NCBI GenBank assembly: GCA_050575255.1
Contig: JBNZDD010013730.1
Span: forward strand, 5,944,015 to 6,008,014
Reading direction: 5' to 3'
DNA length: 64,000 bases
Origin: Harriotta raleighana
Lineage: Eukaryota
The notes under the pieces are model-generated. The model saw nothing but the letters and a program-made list of their open reading frames with translations, made no database searches and was not told the origin of the DNA. A program made the translations under genes and the position numbers. Below, in pieces: positions 38,886-52,620 of this stretch (position 1 is the stretch's first letter; every line of letters starts with the position of its first letter).

Positions 38886-40023
38886 AAACAGTCTCAACAA
38901 CCAGGAATGTTTGAGTAAAGGCAGTGCTTCATTTCGATCATCAAATTTTCAAACCACTGAAGGAGCTGAAAGGTTTATCAGTTGTTAAAAAAAAATTGGT
39001 TCAACAGATAAGGAGAAAGAGAGAGAGAGAAAAAAAAGCTGACAGCGGTGGGGCTGATAAATAGAGATCAGTGCTTCAGCCTGTGCCTACACTGACATAA
39101 TGAGGCAGGAAACAAATAAACATTGTCACTTTAACTGAGGCTACATTCCTAGGAACAGGCTCAAGTATTCCATTAGGTCATGCTTTGGAGGCGCTGGAAT
39201 GGAATAAAGGAATCTGTAGACTTGCAGGTATTATAAGGACAGTGTGACCTTCAGTGATTTCTCACGAGAGCAATAAACCGGTTGATGGTCAGTCCTATCG
39301 CTGTGAATCGGCCACTTCAGTCGCTAACAAAAGACACAATTCAAGCTACAGCTTGGATTAAAGATGAGACAAAATAATTTAAGATGCCTCCTTTTTTAAA
39401 AAAAAAGCCGCATCACTCAAGTGAATGCAAACTGAATGGTTTAGGAAGATGAAATGGTGGTGGGACAAGAAACACTGATGATGACGGCTGTTTGTCCAAT
39501 GTACTGTAAGCTCACAAATCAAGCAGAGCACACAGCACAGTGCTCACACTGGTCACAGTATTAGGAGCAGCGATGGTGACTAATCCAGAAGGAAAAGTCT
39601 TCCACAGGCTATTGTGTGAGATGAGTGCAAATCATTGATATTGAGGCTTATGGCACAGGGTTATGTTGTGGGGAGTGAGAGGGGAGAAGGGGAAAATAAG
39701 AGCTTTGTAAGGTTCCAAGCTTTAATGTAAAAAATATTCACTTATCCTTCAGTGAGGTTTGCCTCAGTACTAAAGCTGCAGATGGGACATTGTAGACCAA
39801 TTAATCTTGGACGTGAAATAAGACCATTTAATCACACCTTATTGTTTTATTCCATGGTCCGTGGCACCGAACAATGCAATTATAGCTCCTCCATTTCTGC
39901 AAGCTTCGTGAAACTGTTTCACCTCATATAATTAGATTAAAGTGGCTTCACTTACACGGGCAGCATTATTTTCTAACTGCATGACAACCGAGAAGACAAA
40001 TACTTCACCAAACTCTCCATTGT

Positions 40024-40062
40024 TATATATATATATATACACACACATATATATATATATAT
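40024..40062. repeat. Compound (TA)n(CA)n(TA)n microsatellite
   Basis: Read directly. Confidence 0.95.
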
Positions 40063-42179
40063 AAAATGTGACTATATATATAGGGACAATTTAATCGTGA
40101 ATCAGGAATGATCTGAACAGAGTAAAATACTGTACAACAAACTAAATTAGCAAGATAGTCTGGTTTGACTCCCTATTTTCTGGTCCTATGGAAACCCATC
40201 ACAATGTTTAAGAATATCCAAATCAAATTATGATTCCATGCATCCAACTGCACATAAAAATAACATAATAAAATAATAAAGGGTAACATATATATATATA
40301 TTCCAGAAAGTATTAGGTACAGATTGTCAATATATATATTTTATATAATATATGTTGACTCCCTAATATGTTACTGGTAGAAATGAAGCAAAACTACACC
40401 CATATCACTGGGCATTTTAAAAATCTTTCAAAGTCAGATTTGAAAATTGCTTGGGCAGGGCGAAGTCTCGTTTAAAACATGCTGAATGCAATTTACATAA
40501 TTAACCAGCAACACACAACGCAAACATCAAATATGAAAGAGACAATAGTTGATGGTGAATGTGACCATGTAACGATATTCACCACTTGAATAAAGTTGAT
40601 GAATACAGTTGCACACTAATAAAGGGTAATGTGACTAAATAGTTCCCTGGCTGGGAAGAATGAATCTCAACTGCAGCATTTCATACCCAGACATATCTAG
40701 ATTTTTTTCTTTTGGCAGGACTTATGCAAAGAGAAGCAATCTGTGGTTTGTTGAACAATGATGCATTGTGGTGGCTGGTTTGCCTCAGACAAAATTCTAC
40801 AGCGGTCTAGTCATTCTCGAGCTGTTTATTTCCCAACAACTGCACCAACATAAAGGTTATAAAGTCAACCCCCATGCAAACATGGGAGGAAAAACACAGA
40901 CTGGAATTTCACAAACTTCAGGGATAGTCAAGAGCCTTCTAACAGTCTGATAAGTCTAAACGCTGAATGGCACAAGATAGACAAGGTAGACAGTGATATA
41001 CTGCCCTTCATCCTGAGAGACAGAAGTCAAAGGAAAGGAGAAAAAAAATTGAACAGCAAAGCTCACACTTTTTCCCTAGATGCTTCATGTCGTGAGTAAA
41101 ATGATTTTTAGTAATCAATGCTATCTCTGGTTGTGACAAGTCTTCCAGAGCATTCTTTCCAGTATATACAACCCCTGTGCTGGTTTTACCATTGGCCTGC
41201 AACAAAACGCACTGTGTCACGAGCTGCAACAAGATGGATACAAAGAGGACTATTTCCTACTTTCATCAGCATTATGCCTCACGTCAGGGGAAAATAATAT
41301 TTTTATGATGTTCAATCTTTTCCGTCAGCAACTACATGGCTGGAATTTTGCTATTTTGCTCAGTCTGGCAGTCAAGACTCTGCTAATCTGAATCCAAAGT
41401 CCCAGAACAGCATCGTTAAATGCTGTCCGTTTGAAAGCCATATTTACTCCACACCAGTCTTGAGCACCAAATTGGATTTGAAGTATAAAGTTACTTGGGT
41501 GAGTGTTTGAAACCTCGGCGTCCCTTAGAATCTATAGGGGTGGTAGGGATCTTAAGAAAATTATAACCCATTTTGTACAATATTATTTCATTTTTCTTTA
41601 ATTACGGTTGGGAGGTAGCCTCCATTGCAATTTCAATTAGATTCCAGTCTTTTGCCCTTTGAATATTAATTGCCTTGGTGCGCAATGCTATAAACCTATG
41701 ATTTTACCAGTGCGTAGGAGGATTACAAGAAAATATCAGCCCGTTCTGGATAGTGACCACCTGCAGTTTAATCTCTCAGATCCTCATACAAATATCCTGG
41801 TATAATTTTCCTGGAAACCCTGCTCACAAGTTTGCTGCAAGAAGATTCAAAGGCAACAAAACGAAATCTGGATGTAAAGTAAATTTCCCCATTCACGACA
41901 ACACAGTATAGTATTTGATCGGCACCCGTTGTTGTGATAAGGAATATAAACCAAAGCGTGTGATTGATTTGCTACAGGCATGCTGTGCCTTTGTGCACAT
42001 TGGGACTATTTCGGATTAACCTTATTTTTGTTTAATATTGTTCTTGTAGCATAGTGTCAACGGGTATTAGAATAGCAGGGGTTTGAAAGGCAAACGTGGT
42101 TTGAAAACAGCTGATCAGTGGTGTGTAAAATATCAGCGTTTTCTTTGCTGGCTGTTATATGTAAAGCCATACCAAGCAT

Positions 42180-42470
42180 TTAACTGATCCCTGATGGTAT
42201 AGTTTTTGTGTCGGGTTTAATGCGGCAGAAAGAGGGGATCAGAGTTAGGATCTGGTGGTGGATAGTGATGAGGTTGCAGATGGGAACAAAGAGAAGGGTG
42301 GGGAGTGGGATAGGGTGGGAGGGAAGGAAAGAAACATAAAAATTCAATGGAGAGTCCGGGAAGCAAATAGGAAGCAGCAGGAAACAAGAAACTGAGGTGT
42401 TGAAAAGAGGAGAGATATCAGAGCACTCCGAGAGAGAAATGACAAGAGAGTGATTTCGAAACAAAGAGCA
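42180..42470. repeat. Purine-rich low-complexity tract, probably a retroelement remnant
   Basis: Strong G/A skew (gggtggggagtgggatagggtgggaggg); no family motif recognised with confidence. Confidence 0.35.
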
Positions 42471-45400
42471 GCATTAAAAAAAGTCTCCCCCCAAAAAACA
42501 CATCTGAGCAAGAGCCTTATTGAGAGAAAACTGTTCGACAGCTTCAGAGGAGGAATGAGTGCAAGAAAGATATTTTTAAACAGATGCCAACAATTTTGGT
42601 TTGCTTCACTCTCATTTGAAATAATATAATTGAAGAGGGATCCGTATGTAATTTATGATTTCCTAAGTACATTCAAAAAACTCCAGAGAAGCCTTGCAAA
42701 GTTGCATCTGCGAGGGTTGCCAAAAAAAACTGCGAGTTTTGTAAGATTAATTGCTATAAATATGTTGTTTTTTTTAAAAAAATCTTTCCCCTTGTGTTGC
42801 CCTCACAAGGAGAATATTATCAAAGCATTCTAGCCTTGCCAAGACCATTTCCTTTCCTTTCCAATGACCACACATAGAAGCTGAGGCAGGGAACCATCTG
42901 CCTATAAGGCAAAAGAAGACAGCAATTATTCAGAAACGGAATAGATCAAAAATCTTATGTTGTACAGGCGCAGTGGATGAAATTTACAAGTAATAACTTC
43001 ATCTAAAATTTACTTGAGTACATTGGACTTCTGTGGTTCATCACCCCATTCTGCCTCACTCATTTATCCCTCTATTAGTTTAGCTCCATCATCACAAACA
43101 CAAAGAAGCATTGCATCTTGAGCAGTGAGGCTTGCGGGAGATTTCAAACCTCCAGAGATGCCAAATGGCCATATTTAGTATGGAGACTCCAAGTATTTAA
43201 GTCAAATCGGATTGTCCAAGGTTGCTCTGAGTTTGGGATTTGAATATCCCGTGCATGAGCAGCAGGAGATTTGAAGTGAGCGACATTCATTCTCTGATCC
43301 TCGCCTCACTCTGTGTCTCAGTATTTTGACATTTTCGGTGTTAGCATCTCTGTATAGTGTGTGACAAGCCTAGATGCGCACACATTGTGGCTTGTGAGCA
43401 CTTTTATTTCCATGACCAAAAAAACATCGACCTGCAATTACAGAGAGAAAGATTTACTTTCATGGAGTCCCACACTTTGAAAAAAAGAATTCAGCCCAAT
43501 CACTTAATATTTGTGCCACAGTGCAGCCTCAACAACAATCGAAGCCTAAAGTAAAAATAGCTGGAGCAGGTCTTAGCATTCCCTCTCCTCCTTAAATCTG
43601 GGAGAAGGTACGTCTTAAGATTTCTTAAGGGAACAATTTCGAAAACGCAGAAAATGACAGGCTTTAAAAAAAAATGTTGACACACGTTGAGGCAAAATGA
43701 ATGTCAACTTCTTTTTTTCTGAACAGTGAGAGAAAGAAGCTGGTTCTTTTCTCCAGTTGCAAGCTCTGTGGTATAGGCCTGGGAATAGAATAGCCACTAA
43801 GAAACTTGAGACAGACCTTTTCTACCATTCTAAGCTATTGCTCACACAGTTCTTTTGACATTTTGACATACCCTATATTATCAGTCTCTGAACATATCCA
43901 TGGGGTTGTCAATCAAGTGGTTTTTTTTTCTGATAGACTACACGCATCATATTTATTGAGCAGGCATGCAATCGTTAAACCCTTCAAGTATGAACTCCTT
44001 TTCCTTATAAATGAAACGAGGAGAATAAAGTCAGCAGACAACGGTTTGTTGAATCTTGGCGAAGTCCACAAATTGATGGTTGAAATCAGGGTTGGATAAA
44101 TCTTGCAATGGCATTTCCCCAAACACGACATGCAGCATCCAATGGGTATCATAGAAGGTGAGAGGATAAACCGCATCACATGGCCTGTTAAAATGTGGTA
44201 GCTTGACTGTTGTTATCGGTTAGGATAGGGTGTCTTCTTGCACTCTGCATTAATGCAGAATAGGGGAAACTACATCAGAGGCAGTTATTTTCACCATTGG
44301 CACTTATTATGTGATGTTCAGGCTTATGAACCCAAATAACAGGATTACACTGTATGATGTTACTGGTCTGTATTTATTTTCAAATTCATTCATTTAGCTT
44401 CACCATATAGAAGACAGCCTTTTTCCTGTGGAACAGCTTAGTTGGATTTGGTTCCAGAATCAACCGGATAGCAGGCACAAACCAATATTTAATAATCTAA
44501 TTATTAGTACATTTTTATTTTAAAACCTATATGGATTTGCCAAGGCTGAGGGCCTCGCTCTTTTTAAAAAAAAAACATTTCGAACATTTACGTTTTGCAT
44601 TAACACTGGCTGTCAGAGAATTATTTGCAACAATTCCTTTGACCCAGCGTTGGATCAAACAAAATTGTGAATCCCAGAAAACAACTCAAAGCACCACTGT
44701 CCAGTACCATAATTTAGGGGGGAAATTCAGAAAGTGAAAACAGAGTGTGTGATTCCAAGCTGGTATCAGAATTGCAATTTAACAATGCTGTCACCATATT
44801 TAAAACAATAAATCACCGTCTCATCATTATTTGGACAGTAACTGTGTTTGACACCTAATGCATTCATGTATAAAGTGAGTGAAAAGTGCATTCAAATAAA
44901 AAGTTGGATCCATCTGCTGGCCACAGTTGTATATTCATAGTTACCAGCTTGTAGATGTCACTAAGTTTTCACTATGCAACATGCAATGTAAAGTGGCAGC
45001 AAAGGCAATATTATGATTCCAACATTTGATCCATATGTTGAGTTTGACCATAAATTCATGAAACAAATCTGCTTTTTATCAGCCAAGATTTCCTGATTGA
45101 TTACAAGGAGCCAGTACAAAATTATTGTTTACTACCTTATGGAACTATGTCAACAACTGTGGTGCAAAAGGGAAAATATCAAATGACATAAATAAAGAAC
45201 AGAGAGCAGATTTGTAATCTATTATCCTTTGATGTGAGTTATCACAATAACAAAAAACACGTTTGTTGTAATGCATTTCATCAGTTAAGTAATATCTGCA
45301 ATCAATTTTACAAGGTTTATTCTGAATGAGGCAAGTTCACAATGAAAGTTCCTTCATCTGTGAACTGCCCATAAGCATTTACTACTGAGCATAATTACTG

Positions 45401-47761
45401 TACAATGTACCTTACGGGATCTCCTTGATAACTTTGATTTTTTGAGAATATTCATTTAATAGCATAACATTTATATTTAGTTAGGAGCTTTGGCAAGCCA
45501 GCATTCTCGATATTTGGGCTATGTTCCAAGTCTTTATCAGGTAGGACAAAATGTCAGGAGGCTTGCTCTCAGGACCACTGTTCTTGATATGAATAACATG
45601 GCATAAGATTTCATATATTTAAAACTATTTATTGTTCATTTGGTGTTACAAACCTTTTTCTTCAGATATCTCTTCCTCATAATGGTGATATATCTCACAG
45701 CATGAGTAGAACAATATCACTCACCATTCAATAAATGTTTGCTACTTTTTTTTAATATCACCTGCTGTTTCACCCTAATTTACAAGGAAATTGAATTACC
45801 ACTGAACTGGCTCCCTCTCCAGTGCAACTTTCTCACATGTCAACATCAAGCCAGCTCCTGCTTCCTGAATGATCATTTAAAAAGCATTTGAATTGCATTT
45901 AAAGTAAAACCAATAACCTCTGGAGTTCCTGTTGGATAATGTGATTTAATTTCCTTCTTAATTACAGAATACAGCAGTAATTTTAATTATCCTCGCTAAT
46001 TAAAGTAACTTGCAGGTGCCATAGTTGTGAAGTTTATTAAGAGGATGGTAAAGTAAATAGCATTTAGAACTTCAGAGTGTTCTGTTGGAAATGCCTGAAA
46101 TAATTATTTCAGTAATTAAGGAAAACATATTAAAGAAACAAAAAAGATGCACTCCAGGAAGAATATGAAGATATTTTGGAGAAATAGCAAGTTAAAACAG
46201 AGTAATATTTAATGTAATTACACATGGAGATATGTTACATGCCAGAAGGTGGCAGATGTGAAAAAAGATACATGAAAATTCATCTGGCAGTTTATCTATT
46301 TCATTCTGATGTTCTTTGATATGTACATCCTAATTGTCACCCATTTAAATTTGGTTTCATCTTCAAACTATGTATTCTTTAATACAATAAACTGCAGGTA
46401 CATTTCAGGAATCTGGTACTGAGATGGGTATTTGCAGGCAGATGAGATTTACAATATTTCCATTAAGTCAATTTCTCCCCAATGGCAAATTCAACATCTT
46501 TATTATCCATACGTAGAGATTCCTAACCTTCGTAGGGGGAGGTTAAACCTCAATGGTACACTCTCTGCCTACAGTCACAGTGACAGCTCATGCCTTAAAC
46601 AAGAGGTAAGTTTTCAAAAATTCCTGTTCGAAGTCCGAATTCATGGGGTTTGCTAGAATCAAGAAGGGCTTGAATTCCTTGATACTTGCCTAGAAAGAGA
46701 ACAGTCTCTTTTGATGGGCAGTACCTTTATCCACGAATTTCACCTTTTATAATACTCAACAGCTATTTTAGAAGCATGAGCCAATTATTATATTGTTAAG
46801 ATAGTTGGCGGCTGCGATTTCATCATGATACTTTAACTAGGATGGATGTCCCTCAAAATGAACAAAGGAATTTCGCCATTCTCTGTTGCTCTTCTGTGCT
46901 GGTTCTGAGCCTGATGAATTTATCCCAGTTTCCCGATGTAACAGACACTTTTGCTTATGTTTATAAGTTGAGGCAATTCTGAACATTGTTAGGATTATAA
47001 AGATATATGTGCTCTTTACTTTAAAAGGTTTTTATGCCTGTTTTAACATGCAGTTCTGAGTTCCAATTGTTTGTCATTTAGAGCGTTTTTTCAAGCAAAC
47101 TGCTCCAGCTAAATAGTGAAAATTAATTTACTCTGGCATTAGATATCAACAGAAATTCCCACATCCTGTTCACAGTTTAAAACAGCTTTTATAATCAGGA
47201 CAGTCTTGTGTTTCAGCTGATCTTACACCATACGTGTGTGACAGGTAATTTGATACGGTCTGGCACACGGCTTTGCCGCAGGTGTGTACAAAACTGAAGA
47301 GGATCAAATTCAGTTTGGATCAACAATTCAGAATTATGTTTCATCACTCAGAAAAATATGAACTGGATTTTTGCTTTATTGGTGGATACAAAACAATAGG
47401 GCAGATATATATATATATCTACTATCTCCTAGGTAGAGAAGAACAGACACAAGTTACAAAAGCGAATATATCAGCAGAGTAACACACACAAAACATCTCT
47501 GAGCACAGTTGCTGGTAATCCCTCTTGTGGATGAATTGATATCTGTAAAGAAGCATGTCAGATAACCCTTGCACTTACAGAAGTCCTGTTATGTGGTCTA
47601 ATTGTTCTGCTTGTCCTGATAGCCCCTTAAATACTATCTGCCCAGCTCCTCTATGGCCCAAACATAAACCAGGAAACACTCAAATGTGCTTTCATCACTT
47701 GGACAGGCTCTTCATATGCACTTCCTTCTCTGATAGCCTCTCCTTGTATTGCAACTATCCA

Positions 47762-48000
47762 TCTGTCAGCCTGACTCAGTTGGTAGCACTCTCAACTCAC
47801 AAGTCAGAAGGCTGTGGGTTTAGACCTCATAACAGGTCTTCAAATTGGGTCACTTCATGTCTGTTTGTGGGACTGCCTACGTGCAAACTGCCTGCTGTGT
47901 TCGCCAACAAAATGCAGTCGCTCCAATATACAGTAGCTTCTATGAAGCTCTTTGTGAATTCTTCTGTCATAAATGGTGCTACATCAAACGCAAAAAAAAC
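47762..48000 (+). mobile_element. SacSINE1-like Deu SINE, internally deleted
   Basis: Head tgactcagttggtagcactctc...agtcagaaggctgtgggtt joined to the Deu core ctgtttgtggga...gtgcaaactg.ctgctgtgtt. Confidence 0.8.
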
Positions 48001-49414
48001 CATTACCTTAGTACAGTTATACAAGTTAAAGACCAACCACTGAACTCTCCCATCTATTTGCCCTGACATCCCTCCACACTCTCTATGTGCCTCAAATCCC
48101 CTTTCTCTCTCTCACCAAAAAACATTCCTTACATTTCCTGCTTACATTTACTTACTTACTTAGTGGAAATAAAGTTCAAACTATTTACGAGTGTACTTAG
48201 ACATCAAAAAGACAGAAATTATAACAGAATAAAATAAAGTACTATCTATTTGCCTCTTGACTTAAACATTTGTTAGATGTTAAATAAAATATGAGAAGTT
48301 TAGAGCAGCAAAAACAAATACTAGACTACCGTTAAGAAAACAGTTGACTGAAACTCAAAGCTTTTAGTTGCTTCAGTTTGTCTCAACTACAAAATATCGA
48401 ACTACATACAATATTACTATCTATAATGTATTCGCACACAATCTTAACTACTGTGGAAATGTTAACAATTAATTTCTACAAATGCACATATAATATATGC
48501 CTTTCTGAATATAATAAAAGGATTCAATGTATTTTTTGTATTTGTTTGCAATTTTTAAAAAACACAAAGCAGCATTTGCTGAATGAATTCCATGAATATG
48601 TCAGATGCAGCTCAAATGCTCATTGAGTGTTTACCATATTGAACAGGAAGTGAAACTACTACCAACTTATGGAAAATGTCTTTTCAGTGAAATGCTAACA
48701 ATAGAAGGCTTTTATTCTCTCCTGACGCTTGTCAGGATACGCAGGTGACATTGTATAATTGATACCAAGGACAGACAGAGGCTTGATACAGTATTTTGGG
48801 AGCAGTTCAGATACCGACTTAAGTGAGTGCTATTAAATAGGGGAACAAAGGAACCCTGCAGTCTATCAAGACTTTCAGATGACAGTCTCTCCATACCATT
48901 GTGTGACGAAACATGGGAAAGCAGTACTTCAGAAAACTCCAAAAGGTCAGAGCGGATGTACTGTCATTGCTACCCTTTCACGTATTTAGAGGCCAGAGTT
49001 TGAAGAAACTATAGCTTCAGACATTTTAGCTATACACCAGTGGTCACACATACAGAGACATCCACCAACCTGGTGGGTCCTCTGAACCGTATCCTCCAAA
49101 CCCTTCACTAACTTCAGACTCTCATAGAGTAAAGAGAAAAAGAATTGCATAATAGACAGTACTTCTGTCTTCCTTTGTATCCACACATTATTTTCCGTAC
49201 AATCAGTCTTATAGCAATGTTGAATGAAAGATAACCAACTCCAAGCTTTACAAACTGACTTGATTTCTGTGCAGTGAAACTGCAAGAGAAGCTGAGGTTT
49301 ATAACAAGGAATGGCAAGTCTGATTGTATCAACTCAGCTCCATTTAGAGGTTCATCGACAATTCGCTAAGGTACAAAATTGTTTATATATGGAATAAATT
49401 ATGAAGTCACCGTT

Positions 49415-49810
49415 TCACAGAAAAACAGGAAAAGGAGGCCCATCAACCCTGTTCTTCCAATTTATCAGATCTTGACAGATTTTTTAGTCCCACTGCCCTA
49501 TACTTTCATTGTATCCCATAATATGTCTACTGCTCAGTATCTGTCTCTCTCCTTTAAACAATACCATTGATTCTGCCTCTGCAACTTTCCGAGGGAGAGC
49601 ATTCCATACCCTCACAACCTTTTGTGTGGAGAAATATTTCCAGACGCAAGTTCAAACAGTCTCAGGCCTGATTTTAAGCCTAATGGATACCTTGTAATGG
49701 ATCCCTCTACCAGAGGGAAAAGTCATCCACTATCTCATCTGTCAATTACTTCCTTTATTTTAAATATCTCAAACAAATCTCCCCTTAAACCTTCCCAAAG
49801 AAAAAAAAAA
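49415..49810 (-). mobile_element. CR1 LINE 3' fragment
   Basis: gagagcattccataccctcacaaccttttgtgtggagaaatatttcc is the reverse of the CR1 'YFS.RVV..WNAL' region; CR1-like tail at about 49415-49460. Confidence 0.8.
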
Positions 49811-50356
49811 TAGCATTTATGCCCTATAAAGATACAGACACAAGCCAAACTCAGAGAGATGAATGAATACTAGGAATGGGCATCTTCATGGATGAAAGTG
49901 GTACTCACTCTCCCAGCATGCTGATTATATATTGCCTGTTACAGTACATATATCAGAACAGTCTTTCACATTTATGCACCCTCTTGTGCAAATCAAACCA
50001 GAATGCCCTGTGCACTGGAAACAAAACACAAGGCATCCCATTAGAACCCCCTTCAAACACCACAATTCACTTACAGACACATAAACAATTCAGTGCAGAA
50101 AGATTAGTTTTGTAATATTGAACACCACGAGTGACAGCAGAGAAAACACGAAAAATCACGTTATAATAGTTCATTTTTCTCCTATTGTTATACTTTACTT
50201 CCAATCTACCCAATAACATGTAGAAGATACCAACACCTGGGCTGGCTTCAGAGAGTGGGCAGCTTGCATTCAGCAGGAGTGTGAGACACCAACCTCCCAT
50301 CTCCAGTTGTGAGCCCGAACTCATATTAACACTGCCGTTCACTGTTAATGTTTGTT

Positions 50357-50430
50357 GCAACAACAGCAACAACAAAATTACATTTGCATAGCGCCTTTCA
50401 CGTCGGGAGAATATCCCAAGGTGGTTGCAA
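50357..50430 (-). mobile_element. L2/SINE 3' tail fragment
   Basis: (caa)n then tacatttgcatagcgcctttcacgtcgggag..tcccaagg. Confidence 0.7.
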
Positions 50431-52477
50431 CTTCCAGCAATCACAGCAGTAGTTGGAGTCTAAAAAGTACAAGCTGTATAGATTTAGCAGGATGTTTTCA
50501 GTTCTGCTACCAAGGCTCTGTTTCCTTTCTCCTTTGCCTTACTTTCTCTGGCAGGATTTGATTAATCACACTGCCAGCAGTAACAGTGAAATTTTGTGAG
50601 GCATAATATTTTTCCCCCAAAAGGAATAGAATTTTCTTTTACCAAAAGCTGGACATTTTGATGGGAACCTATTAAAAACAAGCTTATTTTTCTCTACTCT
50701 GTTTCCGACGACTGTCCTTCCCATGCAGTTGAAGCCTTTGTGGTGGATGCTATACATTTTAAATTTTGTCTGGCGGCTCCGAGAATGAATGTCAAATCCA
50801 TTCTAATCCTGGTGCGCGTTTGGTGTCTGCAATGTAAACTTGTTCTATTTTATTTCATTAAACTTGCACCTGTTTACATTAGATTCTAACAATTCAGACT
50901 AACAGTTCCATGTGTTTACGTCATTCAATTTTATAACAGTTAGGTCTCTCAAACATTTGCCTTTTCCTATGTTGTTAAACTCTCCACTTATACACCATCC
51001 ATCCATCCGAGCATTACAGAGTCTAGAAAGCTTTCCTGATTACTTTGGAACCACATTAAATTTTTCACCCCCTCCTCTCCTGAACTCACACTGGGTTATC
51101 ATTCCATGAGAAGCAGCCCTTCTCCAGGAACTCGCCCAAGTGGCCATTCTTCAAGTTCAAGCCAAGACATCGAGCACACTGTGCAACCGTGCAGCATATC
51201 ACAACTGTGGCCCATCTCGCCCTGCCCTTGGCATATCGCTTTGACGACCTATGTGGCAATTGAATATGGAGGATGCAAGTATTTCAAAGGAGTCTGGGAA
51301 GAGTGACTTGCAGATTTTGAAAGAGAGTTCGAATAAAAGAGTGAGTGAATATACATTGTGTTTTGGATTCAATAACATTACAGTTATCATTTTAGCAAAT
51401 AGAAGTGGGAATTATAGCTCATTTCTACACTCCCTAGTCCAGGGATACCATTAACCTACAACGAGCCCTACTTGCAAGACCACCTGGACATTAATATGGA
51501 ACTTGTATAAAAATCATGCTGATGTAAAGATGCAAATGCCCAGTCAAACTGAAACTGACAGTTAAATGTATTCTCCCAGCCTGCGCTTCACAGTCTTCTT
51601 CTTCTGATATTTATGCAGCGTGAAACCAGTGCTGCTATCCTGACGGCCTTTGTGCTGCTGTTTTTGTGAATGGAGAAGCAGAATTTGCATTGGGTTTGTA
51701 TGACATGAAGTGAACTGCATGGCTTGGCTGGCTCTTCGCTCGCATGCTAGCTAATCTGCAGAAACAGATGCCCCGCTGTGAACAAACTGGAAATGGCGCA
51801 GAGCTGATGCTATCAGTGGGGGACCAGGGCTCAAACAAAACTGGCCAGAGTTCAGCTACTAGACAGGCAGCTCGGGCTTTGAGACAGTTTGAGGAAAGCA
51901 GTCAAATTTACATATCGCTTCTCATCCAGCAAGTCAAAGGTAGGCAACCCGTATTTTAACAACTGCCACCAAGGGAATGAAGTGAAATAAAAGTCAAGAA
52001 GATGTATGAGAGAAAAAAAACAGAAACCTCAGTAGTACATACCTCTCAAACGCAGCTCACGGTCTCAAATATGTCCAAAGGAATGTTCTGGAACAGAAAC
52101 AAAAGAATGTTCTATTTTACAATTTTATAAAGGATTTATCTGGACATAAAAACGGTAAATGGTTCTCTTTAATCTTAAAGTAACTTCACTAAATTCTATT
52201 TGCTGACCCCAAAACTTTTCTTGCGTACTGTACCATATACAGGAGAAGGCTGTGTCACTTAAGCACTTTAATACAAAACAACAGGCAATCCAGAGATCAA
52301 GCCTCTGGTCAAGTCACACCTGGTGCATGGCTGGTAAGGGGGGGGGGGGGGAGTGTGGGTTGTCGGGGGGGTGTCAGGATTTTAATACTTTTAGATCTGC
52401 CAAACAAGGCAAACAAGAGATCACAGTTTCACAGGTTCCAAAGAGACTCATTAGGACAGAAACCAGAGAGTATTTCA

Positions 52478-52620
52478 CAACAAAAACAACAACAACAAAT
52501 TGCACTTATATCCTGTGTTTCGTGTTAGGAGGACATCCCGAGGCGATGGATAACCCAGAGAGTAATCAACAACTGGAGCTGGATTGGTTACCAGGAAAAG
52601 TTGCTGAGGCCATGGCTTAA
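52478..52620 (-). mobile_element. L2 3' tail fragment
   Basis: (caa)n then ttgcacttatatc..gtttcgtgttaggaggacatcccgaggcg. Confidence 0.55.

Noticed and set aside
47555-48043. 162-aa ORF (also the 148-aa ORF at 62579-63025)
   Set aside because: Both run through SINE sequence and show no recognisable domain; treated as chance frames.
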